Positions 18,385 to 28,234 of a stretch of DNA of 64,000 nucleotides are shown here, piece by piece. The stretch is from a virus: positions 35,913-99,912 of IMG/VR virus record IMGVR_UViG_3300032240_002557. One strand, given 5' to 3'. The translations under genes and the position numbers were made by a program. Within the stretch, counting starts at the first letter, position 1, and every line of letters starts with the position of its first letter. The notes beneath the pieces were generated by a model. The model did no database searches. It worked only from the letters and a program-made list of their open reading frames with translations, and was not told the DNA's origin.

Positions 18385-19302
18385 TTATCTTTGAGGTAGG
18401 TATTCACTCATTGATGGAACTAATTCGTCTGCAGCTTCACCGTAAGAAACACCATGCTTCTTCATAAAGTTGGAAGCTATGATTTTATATGCTTCTTTCA
18501 GTCCTTTGTTTCTAAGGATCTGAGCAGCTAAAAGATCACTATACTTTTCGTCAATACTTTTATTTTTGGTTAAAGCTTTTGCAGCTTCTACTGCTTCTAT
18601 CACTGTTAAATGGTTGTCATTAAACTTAGAAAAATTTTCATCATTTCTGTTGATATAGATTGCTTTATTTTCGGGAACCGAATAAATTGGGCCTAATTTT
18701 TTAAAATTCTCTATATGATGTTCATAATCAGGATGATTAGTGTCTATTAAAACAACTTGAATATTTGGGTCAATAAATCCAGGCCTTTCCATAACGCCAG
18801 TTCCTTCCTGAAGTAATAGATCTGTTTTTATGTTAGCACTCTTTGATTCTAAAGATCCCCAGATAAAATTACCATTGTTATATTTTAACGCAGTCATAAA
18901 TTTTTGTTTATTACTTATAGTTGATGCTCCCATTTCTTTTTTTAATATATTACCATTATCTGAGTGTGGTTCTACTGCATAGCTAGGAACTGTATAGATT
19001 TTACTCGTTTTAATACTTCTTACTTTTAAGATAGTATCCTTTCCGTTTGCAGTCCTTGATGTTGAAACAACCTCAGCGATAATTTTATTTTTATTAACGC
19101 CTCTTAGTTGTGCTTTAACAATATCCCCTGTTTGGTATTGTTCTCCCTTAACATAATCGTATGGATTTACGTCTCTGCCAACTGCTTTAGACAAATCATC
19201 GAAAGATTTATATTTAACTTTAAATACACCGTTTGAGCTATTAAATCCGTCACCGGAAAAAGTCTGCGCAAATTGTTCGTTTATTTTTTTGATCTTTGTC
19301 AT
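18385..19302 (-). CDS. Hypothetical putative head protein with SH3-like and degenerate peptidase-like regions
   Basis: N-terminus MTKIKKINE/Q; GDIVKA beta motif; IEAVEAAK...DEKYSD. Confidence 0.4.
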   Translation of the reverse strand: MTKIKKINEQFAQTFSGDGFNSSNGVFKVKYKSFDDLSKAVGRDVNPYDYVKGEQYQTGDIVKAQLRGVNKNKIIAEVVSTSRTANGKDTILKVRSIKTSKIYTVPSYAVEPHSDNGNILKKEMGASTISNKQKFMTALKYNNGNFIWGSLESKSANIKTDLLLQEGTGVMERPGFIDPNIQVVLIDTNHPDYEHHIENFKKLGPIYSVPENKAIYINRNDENFSKFNDNHLTVIEAVEAAKALTKNKSIDEKYSDLLAAQILRNKGLKEAYKIIASNFMKKHGVSYGEAADELVPSMSEYLPQR

Positions 19303-19826
19303 TTTCTTTTGTTAAGTTCTTCTATTACATCCCTTAGCTTTCCTGCTAGTATATAATCTTCTTTCTCGATAGACTCTTTTAATTTATCCTCAAGATTTAA
19401 ACCGCCTTCTATTTCAAATTTAAATTCTGGAATGTCTAATTCTTCTGTCATTGTAGCACTTTGTGCTATAAATAAAACTTGAAGTTTGGATTCTAAAATA
19501 GGAATTACTATCTCTTCGACAGGTTCTTCTTCGTTTTCTGTCTGAATTATTTCTATATTCTCCCATGCACCATTAATCCAAAGAATTAGCCAACATCCGT
19601 AACTAAGCTCTGTTAAATCATTCTCTATTACATACTCTAAAACTTTTTCTAATTCTTCCTTAGCACCATCAAGAGTAACTTTACCCCTTGTGATTCCTTT
19701 TATTTTAAGCTGCTCGTAACCAACTCTTCTGTCAAGAACCTTATAAAATTTTAGAACTTGATCCCAGTCAATAGTAGAAATAATACCATCGATTAATTTT
19801 TTATCTGTTTCCGTTATCTTAGACAT
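19299..19826 (-). CDS. Hypothetical protein with a C-terminal UvrB/UvrC (UVR) motif
   Basis: LKESIEKEDYILAGKLRDVIEEL. Confidence 0.55.
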   Translation of the reverse strand: MSKITETDKKLIDGIISTIDWDQVLKFYKVLDRRVGYEQLKIKGITRGKVTLDGAKEELEKVLEYVIENDLTELSYGCWLILWINGAWENIEIIQTENEEEPVEEIVIPILESKLQVLFIAQSATMTEELDIPEFKFEIEGGLNLEDKLKESIEKEDYILAGKLRDVIEELNKRK

Positions 19827-19830
19827 AAGC

Positions 19831-22161
19831 TTAGTCTTTCTTTAATAAGTTTTTTAATTCTTCTATTTGAATTTGTTGCTCTTTGATTCCCTGAATCAAT
19901 AATGAAACTATATTACCGTAAGAAACCATTAATGTTCCATCTTCTTTAGTCGTAATAACTTCAGGTAGTACCCTTTGTATCTCTTGTGCTATTACCCCTG
20001 CTCTTCTTGATTTGTCATCAGAATCTGTTCTAACAAAAGTGACACCTCTTATTTGCATAATCTTTTCTAGTGCATCTTTTATCTCTTCAACGTTCTCTTT
20101 TACTGATTCGTCGGAATAAGCAGCTATATCACCAGATGCGTAAATTGATACGCCACTTACGTCCCCTTCTACGTGTATCGGCCATCCAGGGGAAGCCGTA
20201 TTATATCCAAGTCTTTGAGAGGATGCATTCCAATAAAGTTTAGTTGTTGATTCAATATTAGTGCTACTTGTAAAGTATGCTAAATATGGGGTTGTCCCTG
20301 AATTTGTACCAGGTCCTACTGCTCCTTGAGCTCCTGTATATCCCTGAGCCCCTGCTGCTCCTTGTGATCCCGTTGCTCCTTGAGCTCCTGTTACACCCTG
20401 AGCTCCCTGAGCTCCTGTTCCACCCTGTGCCCCTTGAGTTCCAGTTGCTCCTTGAGCTCCTGTTGCTCCTTGAGCCCCGTTAACCCCAGATCTTCCCGAA
20501 GATCCCGAAGTTCCAGCATTTCCTGAAGTTCCTGCTGTCCCTGCTGGTCCAACTGCACCATCTAGATTTAGATTCCATATATCAGTAGAAATATAGCTAT
20601 TTGCCCCTGTTACTGCATCGATTTTAATGTCTAAATAGCCATTAGCTTTAATAAATCCGATTACAGTACCTGTTATGAAATTATCAGCATCGATTGCAAG
20701 AACTACACTTTGTGCTACAGTATATGAAAGGTTTTGCGATATGGTGTTAAAATATGCATTAGTACCTAATAAACTTTGAGATAGAGTTATAGACCCACCA
20801 GTATTGTGGGTAAGATCCGTCAAATAAGCAGTGTCTGCATATTTGTCCCCGGCTATTCCAGAACTACCTGAAGTACCTGTAGTTCCTGACGTTCCTGTTG
20901 TTCCTGAAGATCCAGAGGATCCTGCTCTTCCTGAAGATCCTGAGGTACTACTAGTTCCAGAAGAGCCTGATGACCCATCTTTACCTGATGAACCTGCTGA
21001 TCCTGAAGTACCCGTTGATCCTGAAGTACCCGTTGATCCTGATGTTCCAGTTCTCCCAGAAGATCCTGAAGTACCAGTTGATCCTGATGTTCCGTTCATT
21101 CCAGAAGTTCCTGAACTTCCACTTGCTCCTTGAGCACCCTTAGGTCCGATTGTTCCCGATTCACCAGAAGTTCCTGATGTGCTGCTGGTTCCTGAAGATC
21201 CTGATGTTCCTGTTCTACCTGAAGATCCTGCACTTCCTGATGTTCCATTATTACCGTTATCACCATTAGCTCCTGATGTACCTGCTGATCCAGATGTCCC
21301 CGAAGATCCATTAGGAGGTCCAGGTTCACCTTGTGCTCCTTGTGCACCCTGTGCTCCTGAAGCTCCCGTTGCACCATGTGCTCCTGAGAAAGTTATCCAA
21401 TCTGTAACACCATCAATACCTCCTGACATTTCTCCACCGTCTTCTAAAAGTGTTATTCCTGTTAATTCAAAAGTTATCGCTGCTCCGTTTAGGTATTCAG
21501 CATATCCACTTACTGATTTAAGTGTGACTGTAGTTGCGTCTGAGATAGCTTCTATTTTAGTATTAGAAGATAAAACTATATCTGCTACTATTTGCTGTCC
21601 TGTTTTGTAAACAACGTCTTGACACGTTGAAGTAACTAGAAGTACTCCGTCAACATAAATCTTAATAGTACCACCTAGTACAACACCAAGTATAGTAAAA
21701 GTAAATGACGAGGGGGTTTCTCCACTATAAGCGTATCCCTGGAAATCTTTTCCTGTAAATCTAATTTGTCCAGGTACTGAAGGTTTTGTTAGCTCTGTGT
21801 TTCGATCTGGTCTAAGTCTTACCCTACCACCGTCTCCTTTCTTGTTATAAACATCAATATCTCCACCAACAAAAAGATCTTTAGAAAGATTAGTAGAAGA
21901 AGCTGTAATTCCTCCGTTATTTCCGTCCATCACTATTTTAGCTACTCCTGTTGCAGGAAGTTGGACTGAATTTGCTCTAAGTATGTTTACAAAGAAATCT
22001 GCGCTCTTTGCGTCCATGCCTGGTATTTCTATAGTAATACCAAAAGTGGACTGTAAAAGCGCTATAGCGTCTTTTAACTGCTTAAAATTTTGATCTATTG
22101 TTAGATCTTTGGTATTCGATGTCGAAACCGGCTGTATGGTTAAATCTGTTAGTTCTGTCAT
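19831..22161 (-). CDS. Tail fibre with Gly-X-X repeats and a C-terminal intramolecular chaperone (peptidase S74)
   Basis: (GSS/GTS)n and (GAQ/GAT)n tracts; YSDESVKENV..IKDALEKIMQIRGVTF...GVIAQE...VSYGNIVSLLIQGIKE. Confidence 0.85.
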   Translation of the reverse strand: MTELTDLTIQPVSTSNTKDLTIDQNFKQLKDAIALLQSTFGITIEIPGMDAKSADFFVNILRANSVQLPATGVAKIVMDGNNGGITASSTNLSKDLFVGGDIDVYNKKGDGGRVRLRPDRNTELTKPSVPGQIRFTGKDFQGYAYSGETPSSFTFTILGVVLGGTIKIYVDGVLLVTSTCQDVVYKTGQQIVADIVLSSNTKIEAISDATTVTLKSVSGYAEYLNGAAITFELTGITLLEDGGEMSGGIDGVTDWITFSGAHGATGASGAQGAQGAQGEPGPPNGSSGTSGSAGTSGANGDNGNNGTSGSAGSSGRTGTSGSSGTSSTSGTSGESGTIGPKGAQGASGSSGTSGMNGTSGSTGTSGSSGRTGTSGSTGTSGSTGTSGSAGSSGKDGSSGSSGTSSTSGSSGRAGSSGSSGTTGTSGTTGTSGSSGIAGDKYADTAYLTDLTHNTGGSITLSQSLLGTNAYFNTISQNLSYTVAQSVVLAIDADNFITGTVIGFIKANGYLDIKIDAVTGANSYISTDIWNLNLDGAVGPAGTAGTSGNAGTSGSSGRSGVNGAQGATGAQGATGTQGAQGGTGAQGAQGVTGAQGATGSQGAAGAQGYTGAQGAVGPGTNSGTTPYLAYFTSSTNIESTTKLYWNASSQRLGYNTASPGWPIHVEGDVSGVSIYASGDIAAYSDESVKENVEEIKDALEKIMQIRGVTFVRTDSDDKSRRAGVIAQEIQRVLPEVITTKEDGTLMVSYGNIVSLLIQGIKEQQIQIEELKNLLKKD
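20317..20553 (-). repeat. 9-bp-period collagen-like GAQ/GAT repeat
   Basis: Visible in the translation. Confidence 0.85.
20847..21384 (-). repeat. 9-bp-period GSS/GTS repeat tract
   Basis: Visible in the translation. Confidence 0.85.
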
Positions 22162-22180
22162 TTCTAGTGGATACTTTTCT

Positions 22181-22188
22181 TATATATC
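22181..22188 (-). promoter_or_regulatory. Late promoter GATATATA
   Basis: 19 nt upstream of the fibre ATG. Confidence 0.8.
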
Positions 22189-22207
22189 CATAGAAAAAAG
22201 AACCAGA

Positions 22208-22606
22208 TTAACCTATCTGCTCAGAAATCGATTTACAAAAATCTTTAAATTCTTTAGGGTAAAATTTGCTCAGTTCAGATATCTCTCGATCAGAGATTTC
22301 GTATTTCCTTTTTATTATTTCTGCAACTTCCTCAGGAGGGGTAAAGTTTTTAATCTTATCTTTCTTAATAGTTGCAGTATAGAACCAACCAGGAACTGTT
22401 TTATATTTCAGATTTAATGTCGCTCTCCAGTAATCTATGACAGAAACTGGATCTATTTTAGTGTTATTAAAAGCATTTGCTTGTAATGGAAATGAAATTG
22501 ACATGATCCTATTGATCATGAAGAAATTTTTCCCTTTCTCAATCTTAGAAATCTCGTCCCATTTCTTCTGGGTAAAGAAGCATTTTAGTATATCAAATAA
22601 TTCCAT
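22208..22606 (-). CDS. Probable clamp loader small subunit (gp62-like)
   Basis: FFMINRIMS and IIKRKYEIS motifs, expected size, same operon as gp44. Confidence 0.5.
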   Translation of the reverse strand: MELFDILKCFFTQKKWDEISKIEKGKNFFMINRIMSISFPLQANAFNNTKIDPVSVIDYWRATLNLKYKTVPGWFYTATIKKDKIKNFTPPEEVAEIIKRKYEISDREISELSKFYPKEFKDFCKSISEQIG

Positions 22607-23745
22607 TATTTCTTTTTAAAGCTCATAAAAGGATTAAAAGCAGATGGTGCTTCATATTTGTCCCATCTGGATCTTCCAATTAAATTTGTCTTATCTGTCA
22701 GTGTTGGCTTTATTTCAAGGTCAGTATTTGAATAGGAAAATTCCATTGCTGCTAGTACTTCTTCAGGTATTACATGTTCAGATAGCCATACCAGTTGAGC
22801 ATTCTCGTGATAATTGTTTGCAACCTCTTGTCTATTAGCTGCTGTGTCAGTATATGAAAGTGATCTTAAAACATATCCAGAAACCCAATCTTTAAATTCA
22901 TCATTCTTCCAAATATCTTCTAATCTAGAATTACCCCATCCGGATTGTTTAAAATTCTCGTAGATGGAAGCAGATTTTGCTGGTGTTAGTTTAAATATCT
23001 TACCAGGTGTTTTTTCGTAAGAAAATATGCTAGGAACGTTATCTCCTTTATCCCCAGTTAAGATCTTTTCAAAAATTAATTTATCCTTATTCACTATTTC
23101 TAGTGTTGCAGATGCTGCAAGATTGGCTATTTTCTCTTTTTCACTATTCTGAACAAAATCTAGATTGAAAATAGAAACATCTTCTTCTTTTTCTAAATAA
23201 TCTGATTTCCAATTCTTATCACAGAATATTTTATTATTCTTAGAATTAGCATTCCAACAGATCGTCCATCTTCCATTTTCACATTCAACCAATTGGTGGC
23301 TGTCTTTATCACCTGAATAAATTATGACGTTATGCCCTTGTTCTTTTAATTTCTTATTCCAAAACCATAAAAGATCATCACCTTCTGCTCCCTGAGCTTT
23401 AGAATAGATGTAGCCGTTTAATTCTAAGAATTTACCAAACTCCTCCATCAGAATAAAAAAAGATCCCCAATCTACAGTTTCACTCTTAACCCTTCCTGAT
23501 TTATATTCTTCTCTCTTAATGTCTAAGTTTTTTCTCCAAGATCTAGAATCCTTACAGAATATAACATATCCTGTTGTGGGTATTTGATTCAGTGAATAAC
23601 AAATATCTGTCATGATTTTTCTCATAAACATTCCTTGTTCTTCATTTCTGGAAAGAACTTCCCCGGGCTGTTTAGAACCAAAATCGGAGAATATTGCAAA
23701 TGTTTTGTGGAAAAGATAATTTCCGTCTATTATAACGCTAGTCAT
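22606..23745 (-). CDS. rnh: 5'-3' exonuclease / T4 RNase H-like flap nuclease
   Basis: IIDGN, SWRK, YKSGR, EGDD, SGDKD, LTGDKGDNVPSI. Confidence 0.85.
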   Translation of the reverse strand: MTSVIIDGNYLFHKTFAIFSDFGSKQPGEVLSRNEEQGMFMRKIMTDICYSLNQIPTTGYVIFCKDSRSWRKNLDIKREEYKSGRVKSETVDWGSFFILMEEFGKFLELNGYIYSKAQGAEGDDLLWFWNKKLKEQGHNVIIYSGDKDSHQLVECENGRWTICWNANSKNNKIFCDKNWKSDYLEKEEDVSIFNLDFVQNSEKEKIANLAASATLEIVNKDKLIFEKILTGDKGDNVPSIFSYEKTPGKIFKLTPAKSASIYENFKQSGWGNSRLEDIWKNDEFKDWVSGYVLRSLSYTDTAANRQEVANNYHENAQLVWLSEHVIPEEVLAAMEFSYSNTDLEIKPTLTDKTNLIGRSRWDKYEAPSAFNPFMSFKKK

Positions 23746-23746
23746 A

Positions 23747-24226
23747 TTAAAAGTCTTGATTTGTTACCCTCATATCATAGTTGGAAAATTCGAAAAAATC
23801 CTGATCGTCTGCTTCTATCCTACGATCTACAGAATCTGCGTCTTTCCTTTGAAGTAATCTTTGTTTTATAATTTCTTTTGGCGGATCTATGAAAATGACA
23901 AAACATTTTTCTCTATCTTCTGCCTTAATATTATTTACCCCTCTAGGTGTCATAATAAATAAATTTGATCTTTTAAAATCGTCAATTAGTGTTCCGTATT
24001 TCCATCCATTAAATTCGTCTACTTCGTAGAAGTTAATAGAATTATTTTCAAAAAATTGAAAGTCTGTAAATTTATAATCCTTACCTTCTTGTTCTCCTTC
24101 CCTAATTGGTCTACTTGTATGGGAAACACAATACCTAAATCCCCTTGCTTCAAATTTTTTGCGAAGAAAATCCTTACCTGACCCACCACGACCAACTATA
24201 ACTATTTTACAATCATCGGTAATCAT
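23747..24226 (-). CDS. gmk: Guanylate kinase
   Basis: GRGGSGK, VSHTSRPIREGEQEGKDYKF, WKYGT. Confidence 0.88.
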   Translation of the reverse strand: MITDDCKIVIVGRGGSGKDFLRKKFEARGFRYCVSHTSRPIREGEQEGKDYKFTDFQFFENNSINFYEVDEFNGWKYGTLIDDFKRSNLFIMTPRGVNNIKAEDREKCFVIFIDPPKEIIKQRLLQRKDADSVDRRIEADDQDFFEFSNYDMRVTNQDF

Positions 24227-25170
24227 TACTGTGTTAATTTTTGTATTGAATAGAATAATGAGAGCAAACTAACAACCGGATCTATAACTTGAGTTCTTTG
24301 TGCTTGGTGCTGTGCAACAAGAATAAGAACCGCAGGAATTATCTGAATCTTATCTGACTTCTTCTCTCTTATCCATTCTATAAATTCACGTCCTAAAGAT
24401 TCCATAACTTCACCGACCGAATTAGAATATTGTCCTGCTATAACCTGATAGCTTTTTACTGGATCTAATTTTTGAAAAAGCATTTCGTAAAGTTCTTCGT
24501 AATCCCAAGACGATTCCGAGACCTTCTCCTCTGTGATCTCTGTAGTTCCTTGAATCTGCCATCTTTGCATACAATTTAGTGCAGATCTCATGTCTGGATA
24601 AAACTTCTTTACGAAAGATTTAGTTGCTCTATCATCAATAGAGATATTAAGCTTACTCAGGATAAGAACTATTCTTTTTTCCCATTCGTCTCTAAGTTCT
24701 TGTTCTTCTTCTTTGTTTACCGGATCAAAGATAAAAACTTCGAATCTACTTTTCATAGGATCTGGTACTTTATTGATCCAATTACAAGTAGCTACGAATC
24801 TAGTGTTCTTTGCAAACTTCTCCATTGTTCCGCGGAGTGCTTTGTAGAATTGATCAGATGCGCCGTCAAACTCATCCAACACCACAACTTTCATGGCATT
24901 AGTATCATCCATAATAGAAATAGTTGAGCAGAATCCAGTGATCTTGTCCCGAACGGTATCAACAGAACTTTCGTCCGATACGTTAATGAATAATCTTGGT
25001 GAATCGTTGGACAGAATCTTAGCTAAAGATGTTTTACCAGAACCTGGTGTTCCGGTTAATAAAACATTCTGCTGAAGCCCGTTAGCAAAAGCATCTTTGA
25101 TTCTCTTTGGAAGAATCATGTGCTCCAATTTCTTAGGTCTTAATTTCTCTGTTAAAAGGCTGTTTATCAT
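24226..25170 (-). CDS. gp44: Clamp loader large subunit (gp44/RFC-like AAA+)
   Basis: EKLRPK, GTPGSGKT, VVLDEFD, ATCN, SRF. Confidence 0.9.
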   Translation of the reverse strand: MINSLLTEKLRPKKLEHMILPKRIKDAFANGLQQNVLLTGTPGSGKTSLAKILSNDSPRLFINVSDESSVDTVRDKITGFCSTISIMDDTNAMKVVVLDEFDGASDQFYKALRGTMEKFAKNTRFVATCNWINKVPDPMKSRFEVFIFDPVNKEEEQELRDEWEKRIVLILSKLNISIDDRATKSFVKKFYPDMRSALNCMQRWQIQGTTEITEEKVSESSWDYEELYEMLFQKLDPVKSYQVIAGQYSNSVGEVMESLGREFIEWIREKKSDKIQIIPAVLILVAQHQAQRTQVIDPVVSLLSLFYSIQKLTQ

Positions 25171-26489
25171 TTCTTTTTGTTAAATCTAATTACTAAATCT
25201 TCTGGTTCTGTTTTATCACTTCTTACTTCAATAAATCTAGGAAGGAATAAAGATTTATTCCCGTGCTTATCTTCTATAGGAACATTGTATTGGATTGTTA
25301 CAATTTTTCCAATATAAGAATCTGGGTCTTTAGAAAGCATTTTTAAATCTGATTCTGTGAATCCTGAACCTACCTTTACTTGGTATTGCCCGGAAAGATC
25401 TTTACAATCAAATCCGCCTATAAATCCTTCCCTCTTGCCCTCTCCTGGGTACCATCCAGTAACTACTAAATCGCAATCTTCTACCTCCTTGAATTTAATC
25501 CAAGACTTAGATCTTTTGCATTCATAAACGTGTGAAGGATCTTTCATAATAACTCCCTCACCTCCGTTAGCTACTATTTGTTCGTAAATAGGCATTAATT
25601 CTTCCTTAGTCTTAGCTTCCCATTTTCTTGCCAAAACCACGTTAGGAGTTTCACCGCTTGTTTCAAAAACTCTTTCAAGTGTTTGTCTTCTTATTGTATA
25701 GGGTGCGGTTCCTTTTCCTTCTCTGATAGATGACATACCATCAATATCAAAAACATTAAAAAGTAGATCATCACCGATTAATTCCTTAGGAGATCCTTTT
25801 AGAATCTGATTAACTTTACCACTTACGCTTTTTCTGTCTTTATCTGTTAGCTCGCCATCAAAGAATATGTTACCAAGATCTCTACTTAAATGCTTAAGCT
25901 GGTCTGCTATTTTAGTTAGATACTTGACATCTAGTTCATTAAATGCTCTGGTGTAAAATTTGGCCTTTCCCCCTTCGATTGAGCAAATAACCCTAACACC
26001 GTCATATTTCTCCTCGCATACAATAGAATCCCATTTATCAATAGCTTTGTGGTCATCCTCAGCGAGCATTAAGCTAGGATCAGGGATTAGCTCCTTTCCT
26101 ACTGCTTTATTAATAAGCTTAGCACCTACCCCTATGTTCATTCGCTTTGTAAGCACTTTAGCAAGCACTTTATTTAATTCTGTATGATAACCAGTGGATT
26201 CAACCAATCGTTCAGCTTTGGACCTTAAATTGTCGTTTATAGCTGGTGCTTTTTTAAGCTCCTCACATAGATTTACAAATTCCTTGAATAATTCGGGATT
26301 TTCATTGCTGGCTGCATCGCCATATTCTAATTTATGAAGTTTTGTTGTGACGAAGGGGTCAAAACAGATAGAGAGAATATATTCCAGTTCTGGGGATAAA
26401 TTGTCAGCAATTAATTGCTGTTTTTTCTTTTGTGATCCGTCCCCAGTGGAGCTTTCAATTTCTAAGAGTAACTCAAGTTCTTTCCTCAT
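25167..26489 (-). CDS. gp30: ATP-dependent DNA ligase
   Basis: EEKYDGVR, FDGEL, EGVIMK, KRSKSWIKFK, KVGSGF, LFLPRF. Confidence 0.95.
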   Translation of the reverse strand: MRKELELLLEIESSTGDGSQKKKQQLIADNLSPELEYILSICFDPFVTTKLHKLEYGDAASNENPELFKEFVNLCEELKKAPAINDNLRSKAERLVESTGYHTELNKVLAKVLTKRMNIGVGAKLINKAVGKELIPDPSLMLAEDDHKAIDKWDSIVCEEKYDGVRVICSIEGGKAKFYTRAFNELDVKYLTKIADQLKHLSRDLGNIFFDGELTDKDRKSVSGKVNQILKGSPKELIGDDLLFNVFDIDGMSSIREGKGTAPYTIRRQTLERVFETSGETPNVVLARKWEAKTKEELMPIYEQIVANGGEGVIMKDPSHVYECKRSKSWIKFKEVEDCDLVVTGWYPGEGKREGFIGGFDCKDLSGQYQVKVGSGFTESDLKMLSKDPDSYIGKIVTIQYNVPIEDKHGNKSLFLPRFIEVRSDKTEPEDLVIRFNKKK

Positions 26490-26507
26490 TTGATTTTATT
26501 TAGAGAT

Positions 26508-26542
26508 CAAATATATGAAAACTTCTCGGGTTTAAAAAATGT
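26508..26542 (-). promoter_or_regulatory. Early promoter ACATTTT-N20-TATATTTG
   Basis: Upstream of the ligase-clamp loader-gmk-rnh operon. Confidence 0.75.
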
Positions 26543-26549
26543 TTCGGTC

Positions 26550-28232
26550 TTAAGCCTCCGGTGCTGGTGTTTCAGCAGCGGGCTCTGCAGCAGGCTCGGC
26601 AGCAGGTTCAGCAGCAGGTTCAGCAGCAGGCTCTGCAGCAGGTTCAGCTGCAGGGGTAGCCCCCCCTTCAGTAGCAGTAGTTGCTGATTCCTTACCTTCC
26701 TCCTCCTCTTTCTTCTTGTATATGTCATTAACCCTTCTGTCCTCATTGGTTAATCCTAAGAACTTATCTATAAGGAATCCCTGGTCAAAGAAAGGAAGTT
26801 CTTCCTCTCCAACTTTTTCTTTAATGTCAGAAAGTCCTGCTATAAAATCTATCTTTTTAATTAATTGCTCTATCTCTTTAGATTCCCCAAATTGATTATC
26901 GGAATTAAATTTAATTCCTAATTGGGATCTAAAGATTGGATCCTCACCTAATTCCGGATGATCTAATGTCATCTGAATCCACAAAGGCTTAAGGAGAATT
27001 TCTTGATAGATCGATCTAATTCTATTAATGAATTTATTATATCTAATTTCGTCTCTTTCTGCGGATTCAGCACCAATCTTATAAGTACCAACTGTACCCC
27101 CGGATCTTGCAGCAAATCTGTTAAAAGGAATTTTAGAATCTGCTTTCAATTTATTGAAGAAATAAACTACAGCATCAATAACATTAAGATTTGGACCTGC
27201 GTTATTTATTGTTTCAACCTTAGGAGATTCCCCACCTTGCACAGGAAAAAGATAGTTTTTATAAAACTGAAGTTCTGGTCTACCATTAATACTTAATTGG
27301 CCGGAATCTGTGTTTAAATTGATGTCTTCTTTATACATGCTCATCAATTCGCCTAGGGTTTCTTTTGCTTTTTGCGGTGATCTAGATCCAACAGGAATTG
27401 TCATCTTAATTCTGAAAGAAGCATTCATTACGTTCCAGATAATTCTGGTATGCTCCATAATCTTTAGTAAGTTATGGGATCTAATTAATCTTTCAACATA
27501 ACTGGATCTGCTTGCACTATTTCCTTTAGTAAAAGAGATATAAATTACTTGTGCATCGTATAATCTTCTTTCTTTGGTTGAATCACCATAGTATTGATAC
27601 CAAACTTGTTCTGCCTGTCCTTTAGCGTTTCTTTCAATAGAAGGTGTTAATGAAATTGGATCTAATTCTTTAAATCCTACAATATCTTTTCCTGTATCTG
27701 AATAAACTATTTCAAATGCAAGAAATCCTTCAATCAAAAATTGTCTAAAATATTGCCACGCAGAAATTCCATTATTGAATCCATGAAGAATATACATTTT
27801 TCTAAAATTCTCCCTAAGTGAATCTGCAACTTCATCAGTTAAATCCATATTAACTAACGAAAGATTACAACAGAAATTTCTATCATCATAAACAATCGCT
27901 TCGTCTGCTAAGATATCTAGGATCCATTCTATTTCTGCATTCAAAGAAAAACTTCTTAAAAAATCTCTTTTGAAAGGATAATCCTTATCAAAATAAGCAA
28001 TGTATTTTCTGTTATATGTGTCTTGAGAAGCTAGGCTGAAAATAAAATCTTCATCAGAATCAGTAATAGCTAATTTCTGTCTTAGCATAGCTTCAGAAAC
28101 CCCAATAGCTTGTGAATTTTTGACAACAAGATCTTTGTACTCCATTCCGAAGCTACCAATTTTGCTAACCGCCTTAAGTATACGACCTAGGTTAGGGTTG
28201 CTTATCGAAAAATTGTCTATAAATCCTGCCAT
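26550..28232 (-). CDS. gp20: Portal protein paralogue B (gp20-like) with a C-terminal AAEP repeat
   Basis: EIEWILDILADEAIV, FLIEGFLAFE, ELDP, SYVERLIRSHNLLKIME, KIPFNRF, RDEIRYNKFINRIR. Confidence 0.88.
   Translation of the reverse strand: MAGFIDNFSISNPNLGRILKAVSKIGSFGMEYKDLVVKNSQAIGVSEAMLRQKLAITDSDEDFIFSLASQDTYNRKYIAYFDKDYPFKRDFLRSFSLNAEIEWILDILADEAIVYDDRNFCCNLSLVNMDLTDEVADSLRENFRKMYILHGFNNGISAWQYFRQFLIEGFLAFEIVYSDTGKDIVGFKELDPISLTPSIERNAKGQAEQVWYQYYGDSTKERRLYDAQVIYISFTKGNSASRSSYVERLIRSHNLLKIMEHTRIIWNVMNASFRIKMTIPVGSRSPQKAKETLGELMSMYKEDINLNTDSGQLSINGRPELQFYKNYLFPVQGGESPKVETINNAGPNLNVIDAVVYFFNKLKADSKIPFNRFAARSGGTVGTYKIGAESAERDEIRYNKFINRIRSIYQEILLKPLWIQMTLDHPELGEDPIFRSQLGIKFNSDNQFGESKEIEQLIKKIDFIAGLSDIKEKVGEEELPFFDQGFLIDKFLGLTNEDRRVNDIYKKKEEEEGKESATTATEGGATPAAEPAAEPAAEPAAEPAAEPAAEPAAETPAPEA
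26570..26655 (-). repeat. 12-bp tandem repeat encoding (AAEP)6
   Basis: Visible in DNA and translation. Confidence 0.9.
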
Positions 28233-28234
28233 AC

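Noticed and set aside
20277-21610. Plus-strand Pro/Glu/Asp-rich ORFs
   Set aside because: Antisense shadows of the Gly-X-X repeats
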